Source: Fibrobacteria bacterium (GTDB lineage Bacteria; Fibrobacterota; Chitinivibrionia; Chitinivibrionales; FEN-1185). Taken from it: 64,000 nucleotides of DNA. Numbering within the stretch: position 1 is the first letter of the stretch; the number at the start of each line of letters is the position of its first letter. The notes beneath the pieces are model-generated. The model worked only from the letters and a program-made list of their open reading frames with translations, did no database searches and was not told the origin of the DNA. Shown here piece by piece: positions 1-9,221 of this stretch. The stretch lies in NCBI GenBank assembly GCA_037447435.1, contig JBBIGR010000003.1, positions 128,001-192,000 on the forward strand, written 5' to 3'. A program made the translations under genes and the position numbers.

Positions 1-138
1 GTGATCATCTCCTCCGGATACGTCAGCGATCCGGTTGTTGTTGATTATACGGAATACGGCTTTAAAGGAGCTATCGGAAAGCCCTACAATATTTCCGAAC
101 TTAATGCGCTGCTTTCAAAATTCGTAGTGACCGAATAG
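1..138 (+). CDS. C-terminal end of a response-regulator receiver domain (probably hybrid sensor kinase), 5' truncated by the window edge
   Basis: Frame 1 reads VIISSGYVSDPVVVDYTEYGFKGAIGKPYNISELNALLSKFVVTE*. The SSGY...YGF.G.I.KPY pattern is typical of the end of a REC domain. Stop TAG at 136-138. Confidence 0.75.
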   Translation: MIISSGYVSDPVVVDYTEYGFKGAIGKPYNISELNALLSKFVVTE

Positions 139-142
139 GTCA

Positions 143-385
143 TTACGCGCCGCCGCAACATCCACCGCCCGCACCGCACGCTGTTGCGCCCGGGCATCCG
201 CTGCCGGTATGGCAAGCAGGGTTGCTCGTTATTTTCCCCATGCCGATTCCGCCGACGCGCGACATGAGTTTCTGCGTGTCTGTCGATCGGCATTTTGGGC
301 AAGGAAATGTGTCGTTTGTAACTTGATGAACGATTTCTTCAAAATTAGTTCCGCATTTTAAACATTCATATTCATAAATCGGCAT
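143..385 (-). CDS. FmdB-family zinc-ribbon protein
   Basis: MPIYEYECLKCG...FE...CPKC.S...KLMS signature with a Cys/Gly-rich tail. Confidence 0.85.
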   Translation of the reverse strand: MPIYEYECLKCGTNFEEIVHQVTNDTFPCPKCRSTDTQKLMSRVGGIGMGKITSNPACHTGSGCPGATACGAGGGCCGGA

Positions 386-545
386 TGTCGTCCCCTTTAC
401 GGGTTAATGGTTATTTAGCATCGAACATTTAAAAATACATCAATTCATTACGCTTGCCGGACGTACTTATTTTAAAGGGCTTGTTAATAGGCGAGAAAGT
501 ATTTTTTGTTCAGGTGACAAAGCCCTTATTTAAAAAGGAGATGCA

Positions 546-1829
546 ATGTTAACCACATTTTTTACACAGATCGTGGATACTTTTATTGCGATGGCGCCAT
601 ATTTGTTGATAGGACTGTTTTTCTCTGGTATTCTTCATGTTTTTATTAATAAAGATCTGATAATAAAGCATTTGGGCGGCAATACTGTTTCTTCCGTTAT
701 TAAAGCCGCTGTTTTCGGAATTCCGTTGCCGTTATGTTCTTGCGGAGTTTTACCCGTAGCCATGTCGCTTAGAAAACGAAACGCATCAAATGGCGCGACC
801 GTATCATTTTTGATATCCACGCCGCAAACCGGGATAGACAGCATTGTGGCAACCTGGGGCTTACTCGGACCGGTTTTTGCCATCTTTCGTCCGATTGCGG
901 CACTTGTCATGGGGATAACGGGCGGTTTGATCACCAATTTATTCTCTGTCAAGGCTCAAACGAACGATAAGGAAAAAAATAACCGCTTCGAATGCAGCGT
1001 ATGCTATGAAGTCGAACCTCATTCCCATCCGTTTTTTGAAAAAATCGTGCGTGTGTTTACCTATGCGTACAGAGATTTCTTCGACGACATATCTGCACAT
1101 TTGGCTTTGGGTGTCGTCATTTCCGGTGCGATTGGATTTTTGATCCCTCCGGATTTTTTCCAAAAATACGTAAACAACGAATTTGCCTCCATGCTTCTCA
1201 TGGTACTTCTAGGTATCCCGATGTATACATGCGTAACCGCTTCGATTCCCGTTGCCGTTGCCTTGATGCTCAAAGGACTTTCTCCCGGTGCGGCGTTTGT
1301 GTTCCTTACCGTCGGACCTGCAACTAATTTCGCATTTATCACCGTTATTGCCCAGGTTATGGGAAAGAAAATTTTGACCGTGTATTTGGGTACCCTTGCC
1401 TTGTTATCTATTGCCGCAGGATATGCCTTGAATGCGATTTTTGCAATTACGGGAAAGCAATCCCTTACCTTACTGCTTACGCAGCATTTCTGCGGGCATA
1501 CCGCGTTATGGGAAAACATCCTGTCGGGCGTATTTTTAATTGTCCTTATTCTTTCGTTTTACCGCCTCGTTCGGCCGTATGTTTTAAAGCTCATTGGCAA
1601 ATCCGGGCCCGATACTCATAGAAAAGATTGCTGTTCGATTGAAATTGAAGGCATGACTTGCAATAATTGCGCAAGAACGGTCACCGAATCGCTAAAAAAA
1701 GTAGAGGGCGTTTCCGCCGTGGATGTTGATTTGGATAAAAAAAGTGCGCTCGTGCAGGGTTCAGCGGATTTTGTCGCCCTTAAAAAAGCCGTTGAAGCCG
1801 CAGGATTTTCTTTAAGGGAAAAAAAATAA
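546..1829 (+). CDS. SO_0444/ArsP-type (DUF318) metal permease with C-terminal heavy-metal-associated domain
   Basis: PLPLCSCGVLP, FLISTPQTG, PMYTC and GPATN motifs; many TM helices; C-terminal IEGMTCNNC HMA motif; AAGGAG RBS. Confidence 0.85.
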   Translation: MLTTFFTQIVDTFIAMAPYLLIGLFFSGILHVFINKDLIIKHLGGNTVSSVIKAAVFGIPLPLCSCGVLPVAMSLRKRNASNGATVSFLISTPQTGIDSIVATWGLLGPVFAIFRPIAALVMGITGGLITNLFSVKAQTNDKEKNNRFECSVCYEVEPHSHPFFEKIVRVFTYAYRDFFDDISAHLALGVVISGAIGFLIPPDFFQKYVNNEFASMLLMVLLGIPMYTCVTASIPVAVALMLKGLSPGAAFVFLTVGPATNFAFITVIAQVMGKKILTVYLGTLALLSIAAGYALNAIFAITGKQSLTLLLTQHFCGHTALWENILSGVFLIVLILSFYRLVRPYVLKLIGKSGPDTHRKDCCSIEIEGMTCNNCARTVTESLKKVEGVSAVDVDLDKKSALVQGSADFVALKKAVEAAGFSLREKK

Positions 1830-1926
1830 CTCGCATGGGACAAGTTTATTTTACAGGCTATTTACGCGAAAAGCGTAGACGATAGTACCAATTTAACGGA
1901 TGTATAATTCATATAAAGGTTTCACA

Positions 1927-4617
1927 ATGTCCGATAAAAAGCTTTTTCTCGTCGATGGCCATGCCATCGCGTATCGTGCGTATTTTGCATTCATTAAAAA
2001 CCCGCTCACCAATGCCGCAGGCCAGCCAACCGGTGCGGTTTTCGGATTTGCCAACTATCTCCTTCGTTTGATTTCCGAATATCAATGCCCGTATATGGCG
2101 GTCGTTTTCGACAGCGAAGTTCCCACGTTTCGCCACGAAATGTACGCCGAATACAAGGCGAACAGGGAAGAAATGCCCGACGATTTGAAGTCGCAAATAC
2201 CTCTCATCCATAAACTCGTCGATTTGTTGAATATCACCGCACTAAAGCAGGGCGGACTCGAAGCCGACGATATCATTGCGCATATGACAAGACGGGCGGT
2301 TCAAAACGGGTTCGAAGTCTTCATTGTAACGCGCGACAAAGACCTTATGCAATTGATCGATGATAAAAACGTCCGCATGCTTTCGTTCGAAAGCTCTGGA
2401 AGCATCGAAGTTTTCGGGCCCGAGCAGGTGAAAGAAAAAATGGGCGTCGGTCCGAACCAAATTAGAGACCTGTTGGCCTTAATGGGGGACTCTTCCGACA
2501 ATATTCCCGGCGTACCCGGCGTTGGCCCCAAAACAGCACAGAAAATCCTTGAAAAAGCGGGTTCGATAGAGGCATTGCTCCAAAATCCGTCCATAGTCGA
2601 AAATCCGAAATTGCAGGCGAAAATCGAAGAAAACCGCGACGCTCTTATATTGTCCCGAAATCTTGCGACTCTTCATTTCGACGTCGAATACGAAGTTCCT
2701 TTCGAACACTGTTTGTTAAAGCCTGTCAAGAAAGCCGAATGCCTGGATTTTTTCAGGGAAATGGAATTCAATTCCCTTTTGAAAAACCCGATGTTTTCTT
2801 TGGAAAAAAGCCTGGATTTTTCCGTTTCGGTCCCTACGTCTATCATCGAGGTTGAGGCCTTTGCAAAGCGTATTGAAAATGCCGGGTTTGTTTCGATAGA
2901 TACCGAAACAACCAGTCTTGTTTCTCACGGGGCAAAACTTGTCGGGATTGCTCTGTCCGTCGGCACGACAGACGCACTGTACATCCCTGTCGGCCATACC
3001 CATAATGGGGGGCAGGGAAATTTAAATATGGACCAGGTTCTGGAAACGTTACGGCCTGTTCTTGAAAGTAAAAGTATAAAAAAAATAGGGCAGAACCTCA
3101 AATACGATTTTCAGATTTTCAAAGGCCACGGAATTTACCTCGCGAATCTGCATTTCGATACCATGATCGCGGCGTATGTCATGGATCCCGGGAAACGCAA
3201 TTTCAGTCTCGACGCCATGGCCGCGCAATGGCTCAATGCAACAACCACGCCCATCGAATCGCTTATCGGCAAAGGAAAAAGTCAGATCGGCTTCGATGAA
3301 GTGCCGATTACCATTGCGGCAAAGTATTCGGGAGAAGATGTGATTATCCCCTTATTGCTGCAGGACGTTTTTGTCCCGGTTTTAACCGAGCAGGCACAAC
3401 TGAAATTGTTTCATGAAATCGAAATGCCGCTCGTTTCGGTGCTTGCAGAAATGGAATGGAAAGGCGTAGTCATCGATACCGCGCTTCTTTCGCAGTTATC
3501 CTCCCATTATACGGCAAAATTGGCGGAAATCTCAGCGGATTTGTTTGCTATGGCAGGGGGTGAATTCAACATCAATTCGCCAAAGCAGGTCAGCGAAATA
3601 TTATTTACAAAACTTGGGCTTCCCAAATCAAAAAAAACCAAAACCGGCCTTTCCACCGATGTTGATGCGTTGGAAAAGCTGCAAGGTGCGCACCCGATCA
3701 TAGGCAAATTGCTCGAGTATCGGGAGTCTCAGAAACTTCTTTCCACCTACATCGATGCGCTTGGCCCGCAAATATCGCCGGAAACATCCCGTCTGCATAC
3801 GTCCTTCAACCAGACCGTTGCGGCAACCGGAAGGCTTTCCAGCAACGGCCCGAATTTGCAGAATATTCCCATCCGTACAGATGCGGGGAAAAAAATCAGA
3901 GAAGCCTTCGTCGCGCCGGCAGATCATCTGTTGATTTCTGCGGATTATTCGCAAATCGAGTTACGGATTTTGGCGCATGTATCCAAGGATCCGTTCTTGA
4001 TGCAATCGTTTCACGACGACAAGGACATCCACACGCAAACAGCATCAGCGATGTACGGCGTTTTTCCCGAAATGGTGACGTCCCAAATGCGGCGCGCGGC
4101 AAAAACCATTAATTTCGGTCTCATGTACGGTATGGGTCCGATCAATTTATCGCGGCAGCTCGGTATTTCGTTCAAAGAGGCGCAGGAATTCATTGCCACA
4201 TATTTCAGGCAATTCCCGACAATCAAGAAATACATGGTGTCGAGCGTCGAAACCGCACGGCAAAACGGATATTCCGAAACTTTGTTGGGACGCAGGAGAC
4301 TGGTGCCGGAAATCGATTCAACGAACAGGCAGGTGAGGGAGGCTGCGGAACGCGTGGCGATCAATACGCCTATTCAGGGAACGGCTGCCGACATCATTAA
4401 AATCGCGATGGTCAATGTGGCTGCAAAAAAGTCGGAAATAGGTTTTGATTTTAGCATGCTTTTGCAGGTGCATGATGAATTGATTTTCGAGGTGCATCAG
4501 GAAAATGCGCAAACTCTTTTATCGTGGGTTACAAATATTATGAGCAGTGCGTATAAATTGGATGTCCCGTTGAAAGTTGATGCGAGCATAGGAAAGAACT
4601 GGAGCGAAGCGCATTGA
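1927..4617 (+). CDS. polA: DNA polymerase I
   Basis: 5'-3' exo (LVDGHAIAYRAYF, EADD, GDSSDNIPGV), 3'-5' exo (SIDTETT) and polymerase motifs (ADYSQIELR, RRAAKTINFG, LQVHDEL). Start placed at MSDKK behind AAAGGT. Confidence 0.98.
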   Translation: MSDKKLFLVDGHAIAYRAYFAFIKNPLTNAAGQPTGAVFGFANYLLRLISEYQCPYMAVVFDSEVPTFRHEMYAEYKANREEMPDDLKSQIPLIHKLVDLLNITALKQGGLEADDIIAHMTRRAVQNGFEVFIVTRDKDLMQLIDDKNVRMLSFESSGSIEVFGPEQVKEKMGVGPNQIRDLLALMGDSSDNIPGVPGVGPKTAQKILEKAGSIEALLQNPSIVENPKLQAKIEENRDALILSRNLATLHFDVEYEVPFEHCLLKPVKKAECLDFFREMEFNSLLKNPMFSLEKSLDFSVSVPTSIIEVEAFAKRIENAGFVSIDTETTSLVSHGAKLVGIALSVGTTDALYIPVGHTHNGGQGNLNMDQVLETLRPVLESKSIKKIGQNLKYDFQIFKGHGIYLANLHFDTMIAAYVMDPGKRNFSLDAMAAQWLNATTTPIESLIGKGKSQIGFDEVPITIAAKYSGEDVIIPLLLQDVFVPVLTEQAQLKLFHEIEMPLVSVLAEMEWKGVVIDTALLSQLSSHYTAKLAEISADLFAMAGGEFNINSPKQVSEILFTKLGLPKSKKTKTGLSTDVDALEKLQGAHPIIGKLLEYRESQKLLSTYIDALGPQISPETSRLHTSFNQTVAATGRLSSNGPNLQNIPIRTDAGKKIREAFVAPADHLLISADYSQIELRILAHVSKDPFLMQSFHDDKDIHTQTASAMYGVFPEMVTSQMRRAAKTINFGLMYGMGPINLSRQLGISFKEAQEFIATYFRQFPTIKKYMVSSVETARQNGYSETLLGRRRLVPEIDSTNRQVREAAERVAINTPIQGTAADIIKIAMVNVAAKKSEIGFDFSMLLQVHDELIFEVHQENAQTLLSWVTNIMSSAYKLDVPLKVDASIGKNWSEAH

Positions 4618-4620
4618 AAC

Positions 4621-4649
4621 CGTTGAGAAGTTGAGAAAAATTCTCAACG
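4621..4649. terminator. Hairpin between convergent polA and PKD gene
   Basis: CGTTGAGAA (4621-4629) / TTCTCAACG (4641-4649) inverted repeat. Confidence 0.45.
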
Positions 4650-4665
4650 ATTTCAATATATAGAT

Positions 4666-6843
4666 TTACTTGCAGCACCTAAATCCCACATACGGGAATC
4701 CCTGGCCGGCATTCATCTCCAGTCTCGACGAACAGGTCGCTTTGTCGGGAGGTAATAGCCACGAGCCGCCGTAAGCATATGCCATGCCTTTCTTTTGCGG
4801 AGAAACCCATTCGGCGACGTTGCCGTTCATGTCCATGGCTCCCGATGCCGCAACGCAATCCTCGAACGAACCGCTTTGCGAAATATGATTCGGCGAATCG
4901 TTGGTGGCAAGTGAATTGCAAACCTGACCGGTATATTGCGAAGTGGCTGTCGGATATTGCTGTTTTTTCGTTCCGCTGCATGCGGTCTCCCATTCGTCTG
5001 CCGTACAAAGCCTTTTGTTTTCCTTTTTACATTGGGCCTCAGCCTCGGCATACGCGAGGTTTTGCACCGGCACCTGGCCTTTTGCATTCGGGAATTCATA
5101 CTTGTCTATGCAGAACGGTCCTTCTTTGATGCCGATCATGCCTTGGGGGCAAATAACCACTTTGAGGGAATCGGTTGCGGTTGCGCCGGATTCTCCTGTG
5201 ACCCGAAGAACCGGTTTCGCATAATCGACAAAGGTGTGCCGCACCGTGCCCGTCTTGTCGGATTTCCAATCGTATTTGCCGTCGCCGTCAAAATCCCATT
5301 CATAAAGAATAATCTTCCCGGCGGTCGTGACTCCTTTACCTGCCAATTCGACTTCCGAGCCTTTGTGCGATAAAAAGCTTTTCGGCGCAATCGCCTTGGG
5401 AGGCTGGGTGGGCGAAACGGTGAGAGCCACGGTGTCGAACCATTCTCTTTTGTCGGTAGTCGTGACTTTGATGACCGGATGTACGATACCCGCTTTGCTT
5501 ATTGCAAATGACGCTTTTGCCGAGACCGGAGACGAAAAATCGTATTTGCCGTCGCCGTCGAAATCCCAGCTGATTTGTTCCACTTTTGTATGTCGGGCGG
5601 TTATTTCCGCGTCGAATTGAGTGGCAACCAGGGCCTGTGATTGTTTGGGTACCATTGGCTTAATTACCACGGCACGGGAAATTATAGTGATGGTTCTTGA
5701 TAAAACTGCGGTATTGCCGTTGCGGGCGATTGCTTTACATGAGATTTTGTAAACCCCGTTTTTTTTAAATTCATATTGTTGCACCGGTTTGTCCTGTTTC
5801 AGCTCATACACGCCGTCACCGTTGAAGTCCCAATCGTATTCCGCAATTTCCGACGGCGGATACGATGTTTGGCATGATGCGGTGAATGGAATCTCGGCCA
5901 AGGCCGTGTCGGGTACTGCCAAAAGAATTACTTTGAATTCCGGTGTCATGGGAATTTCGGCAATTGCTTTGGATGTGAGTCCTGCTTCGTCTTTTATTTG
6001 CAAGGCGACTCTAAAAGGGCCTGCGCCGCTTAAGTGTTTTGTGGCGATTGTCGATGAAGTAAATCCGTTGTTTGCGGGGAAATCCCAGGTTCCATTGTTG
6101 TCAAGGTCCCATCGGCATGAAAACGATTTTTTGCCCAAAGTACTGACCGTGCTGTTATGGGCATCCAGCGTACAGAGCGAGCCGGCAATGGGCAGGGCGG
6201 GCCTAATTTCGATTGCGGCAGACGGCGGGACGCGCACCATAAGCTTTCCCTCCGCAATAGCGGTACGCCGGTCTTTTGCCTGGGCTTGGACAACCACCGT
6301 ATATATTCCTTCATTGTCGAATTTGTGGCCCACGATTGCCTTTTTGTCAAACGAATTGTTGTTCGGATAATCCCAAACGCCGTCGCCTTCAAAATCAAAA
6401 CGGAATTCGAGTTGCGAAGAGGTATCAAGCAGATCCCGGGATTTCGACGCGTCGAAAAATACGCTGTCGCCCGGCTGCGCAAATCCCGAAAACTCCAAAG
6501 CGACTTTTATTGACGCTGTGGTCGCTTGTTGTTGGACAGCCGGTTGCGCCACAGGAGTCTGTACGGCAACTTGCTCAGATACAATCGGTTTGCCGGATTT
6601 TGTCTCCCGGGAAGCGCGTTTATTACCAACTGGGGCCGATTTCACAAAAGCCGCATTGACGGAATCTGTCGGCAGCGGCGCTTTCACGGAATCGTTGACA
6701 GCCGGTATTGTCTGAGCCTGTTTTTCAACGGGAGCCGGTTTTTCAGCCGAAGGTGGAATATTTTGTTTTTGCTGGCAGGCAAAAATAAACAAGGCCAAAA
6801 TTGACAATCTTGATGCGATTCGGCATATTCGTGAGTTTAACAA
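4666..6843 (-). CDS. Lipoprotein with ~5 PKD-like repeats and C-terminal FGE-sulfatase/SUMF1 (C-type-lectin-fold) domain
   Basis: Lipobox-like LFIFAC; repeated [WF]D[FL][DNE]GDG..D-type motifs; C-terminal FCIDKYE...RLCTADEWE.AC...DMNGNVAEW...GGSW...VGFRCC. TTG start at 6843 chosen from GGAGG (the ORF extends to 6885). Confidence 0.8.
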   Translation of the reverse strand: MLNSRICRIASRLSILALFIFACQQKQNIPPSAEKPAPVEKQAQTIPAVNDSVKAPLPTDSVNAAFVKSAPVGNKRASRETKSGKPIVSEQVAVQTPVAQPAVQQQATTASIKVALEFSGFAQPGDSVFFDASKSRDLLDTSSQLEFRFDFEGDGVWDYPNNNSFDKKAIVGHKFDNEGIYTVVVQAQAKDRRTAIAEGKLMVRVPPSAAIEIRPALPIAGSLCTLDAHNSTVSTLGKKSFSCRWDLDNNGTWDFPANNGFTSSTIATKHLSGAGPFRVALQIKDEAGLTSKAIAEIPMTPEFKVILLAVPDTALAEIPFTASCQTSYPPSEIAEYDWDFNGDGVYELKQDKPVQQYEFKKNGVYKISCKAIARNGNTAVLSRTITIISRAVVIKPMVPKQSQALVATQFDAEITARHTKVEQISWDFDGDGKYDFSSPVSAKASFAISKAGIVHPVIKVTTTDKREWFDTVALTVSPTQPPKAIAPKSFLSHKGSEVELAGKGVTTAGKIILYEWDFDGDGKYDWKSDKTGTVRHTFVDYAKPVLRVTGESGATATDSLKVVICPQGMIGIKEGPFCIDKYEFPNAKGQVPVQNLAYAEAEAQCKKENKRLCTADEWETACSGTKKQQYPTATSQYTGQVCNSLATNDSPNHISQSGSFEDCVAASGAMDMNGNVAEWVSPQKKGMAYAYGGSWLLPPDKATCSSRLEMNAGQGFPYVGFRCCK

Positions 6844-6993
6844 CGTTACCTCCAAGGAATCCGTTATAAGGATATATACGAACATTATACCGATTCGAAT
6901 CGAAAATAGTCAAGATGCGTTTGTGGAACATTACAGTGAACCCATCCGATACGGTTTATCGCTGGCATCAAATCAACCTGAATAACACGTCTA

Positions 6994-7022
6994 TTGACTT
7001 CTGTTATTAATGGAGCTATTTT
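6994..7022 (+). promoter_or_regulatory. Possible sigma70-type promoter
   Basis: TTGACT-17 nt-TATTTT. Suggests the TTG at 6994 is not the start codon. Confidence 0.3.
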
Positions 7023-7071
7023 ACTGACAATTTACAAAATGACTAATGACCAATCAAAGGACCGGGCAATA

Positions 7072-7995
7072 GTGTATACCCTGATTAAAAACAACATGTT
7101 AGCGTTCGTTTTTGTTGTCGGAATTCATTTTTTGTGTTTTGCTGCCTCGTCTCGGGAATCGATGGCCGTGTCGGATCTTTCTGCTCAAGGCGTCAGTCAA
7201 TCCGATGCCTCGATCATATCCGACCGTCTGCGCAACGCGCTTTTTGTCAATGGTGTCTTCACGGTAGTAGAACGGTCGCAGATGGAGCAGATTCTCAAAG
7301 AACAAGGATTTCAACAGTCGGGTTGCACGTCCGATGCCTGCGCCGTTGAAGCCGGTCAATTGCTTGGTGTACAATATATAACGGTCGGTTCGGTCGGACT
7401 GATCGGAAAAACCTATACGCTCAATGTGCGGTTGATCGATGTGAGAACCGGCCGCATCATCCGTATTGCATCGGATGATTGCAAAGGCGAAATAGAAAAT
7501 CTTCTCACGAAATCCGTCGCAAAAATCGCGGATCAGCTTTCCAAGGTTGTCCAGGAAACTGCTGCGCACGGGCAAGCCTCACTGTCAACGAACAATCCTG
7601 GTGAGGTTTCCACGCCACAGTCCCCATCTTCCTCGGCAAACAACGGTCAGGCACAAATCAATTCAGGTACGCAGTCCAATTCCGCCTTTGCTCATTCGGA
7701 AATGAAAAAGGTTCCCAAGAGCCGTATTGTCTTGAAAATCCTTTCCGGGTCGGCCGCGGTGTGCGCAGTTGGTGCAGGCCTTTATTTCAACAATGCGGTC
7801 GCGATGCAGGCATCCAAGAGCAACGATCTTCGAAGTCAATACATAACCGCAGGCGGCACCATGGATGATAACGCCTACCTGTCACAAGCGAAAACATACA
7901 GCGACAAGGCAAAAACATATTCCAATTACCGGGCGATTTCATACATAGCAGCGGGGCTTTGCGCGGCGGGGTTTACGCTGACGTTCATTTTCTGA
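7072..7995 (+). CDS. CsgG/DUF2380-like exported protein with C-terminal hydrophobic segments
   Basis: Signal peptide; F.VVERSQMEQIL.EQGFQQSGCTSDACAVEAGQLLGV...GSVG...YTLNVRLIDV.TG motif. Start uncertain (6994/7039/7072). Confidence 0.65.
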   Translation: MYTLIKNNMLAFVFVVGIHFLCFAASSRESMAVSDLSAQGVSQSDASIISDRLRNALFVNGVFTVVERSQMEQILKEQGFQQSGCTSDACAVEAGQLLGVQYITVGSVGLIGKTYTLNVRLIDVRTGRIIRIASDDCKGEIENLLTKSVAKIADQLSKVVQETAAHGQASLSTNNPGEVSTPQSPSSSANNGQAQINSGTQSNSAFAHSEMKKVPKSRIVLKILSGSAAVCAVGAGLYFNNAVAMQASKSNDLRSQYITAGGTMDDNAYLSQAKTYSDKAKTYSNYRAISYIAAGLCAAGFTLTFIF

Positions 7996-8024
7996 CAACA
8001 GGGTATCTTATCCAAGGACAACGA

Positions 8025-9221
8025 ATGAAGCATTTTCTTATACTGGTTTCGATCGTAGCGCTTTTAATCACGATCGTAATGACTTGCACCAACCTTCCGG
8101 ACGCATCCATGCTGACTCCCGTCAAATTCAAGCCGGCTGTTGTGACCAAGTTTGAGCAGGCAATCCGCATCACCGAAAGCAAGGATACTTCATTAATCGT
8201 ATCGGTAAAGGGAAGTGGCCCGATGTCCTATGCATGGTATAGGAACCAGACCAGGATCGATACGACGGCTCGAGATACGTTAACCCTGAAAAACACGCAA
8301 TTGACTCAGGCCGGAACATACACCGTCGTCGTAACGAACGATTGGGGTAAAGACTCGTGCAGCACGACTTTGTCGATCGACACCCTGTATTATTCGATTG
8401 CGGTCTCGTATGTAGGAAAAGGCTCTGTTTCACCGTTGGGAAACAACGGCATTGTCAAGGTTCGCCCTCTCGCCACGCCTGTTTTCTCGTACAAGGCGGA
8501 TTCGGGTTGTTACGTCGACTCTGTTTTTGTCAATAAGGTACACCTTCCGTCATATGCGACATCCTCACTATACACCTTTAGTCCAATAAATACGGACGGA
8601 GCATTTCGCGTTGTTTTCAAAAACGTTACGTTCACCCTGGCAATAACGCCGCCGGTCAACGGAAAGATAATGCCCGATCCTTTACCGAAAACAGAATTTC
8701 TCTTTGGTGACACTATCACCCTTGCTGCCGTTGCAGATAAAGGATATTATTTCGGAGGATGGGGCGGGGACGCAAGCGGTACCGATGCGACGTTGCGGGT
8801 TGTCATGAACGCCAACAAAAAAATATCCGCGACGTTTGCCGATACGAGCAAATTTTCCCTCACCGTATCTTCTCCGAACGGAAGCGTAACCCTGAACCCG
8901 CCCAGCGGCGTCTATAGTCCGGGCACGCTGGTAAAACTTTCTGCTTCGCCGGCGTCCGGGTATATGTTTACTTCCTGGAGCGACAGCGCGAGCGGATCAA
9001 ACGATACGGTTACCATAACCATGAATTCCAAGAAAATCGTCACAGCTAATTTTCAGCCAAAGGCCTACACGCTTTTCCTCTCTGCCGGGGCAGGCGGATC
9101 GGTGACTACGCCGTCGAGCGCCTGGGTCTATGCAAACGAAGGGGGCGCCACTCCTATTACCGCAACGCCTAATTTTGGCGCCGTATTTTGCGCTGGGACG
9201 TGGATAGCGGCACAGCCGTGA
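8025..9221 (+). CDS. N-terminal part of a large surface lipoprotein (Ig-like + divergent InlB-B/bacterial repeat domains), frameshifted at ~9186-9189
   Basis: AAGGA RBS, signal peptide ending VMTC, Ig-like YAWY...GTYTVVVTN, repeated GY.F..W.GDASG...M...K...A.F units. The last repeat continues in the other frame. Confidence 0.75.
   Translation: MKHFLILVSIVALLITIVMTCTNLPDASMLTPVKFKPAVVTKFEQAIRITESKDTSLIVSVKGSGPMSYAWYRNQTRIDTTARDTLTLKNTQLTQAGTYTVVVTNDWGKDSCSTTLSIDTLYYSIAVSYVGKGSVSPLGNNGIVKVRPLATPVFSYKADSGCYVDSVFVNKVHLPSYATSSLYTFSPINTDGAFRVVFKNVTFTLAITPPVNGKIMPDPLPKTEFLFGDTITLAAVADKGYYFGGWGGDASGTDATLRVVMNANKKISATFADTSKFSLTVSSPNGSVTLNPPSGVYSPGTLVKLSASPASGYMFTSWSDSASGSNDTVTITMNSKKIVTANFQPKAYTLFLSAGAGGSVTTPSSAWVYANEGGATPITATPNFGAVFCAGTWIAAQP

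Noticed and set aside
4666..4800. C-terminal CLec-fold (FGE-sulfatase) domain as a diversity-generating retroelement target
   Set aside because: No template repeat with adenine-specific mismatches and no reverse transcriptase seen in the window.
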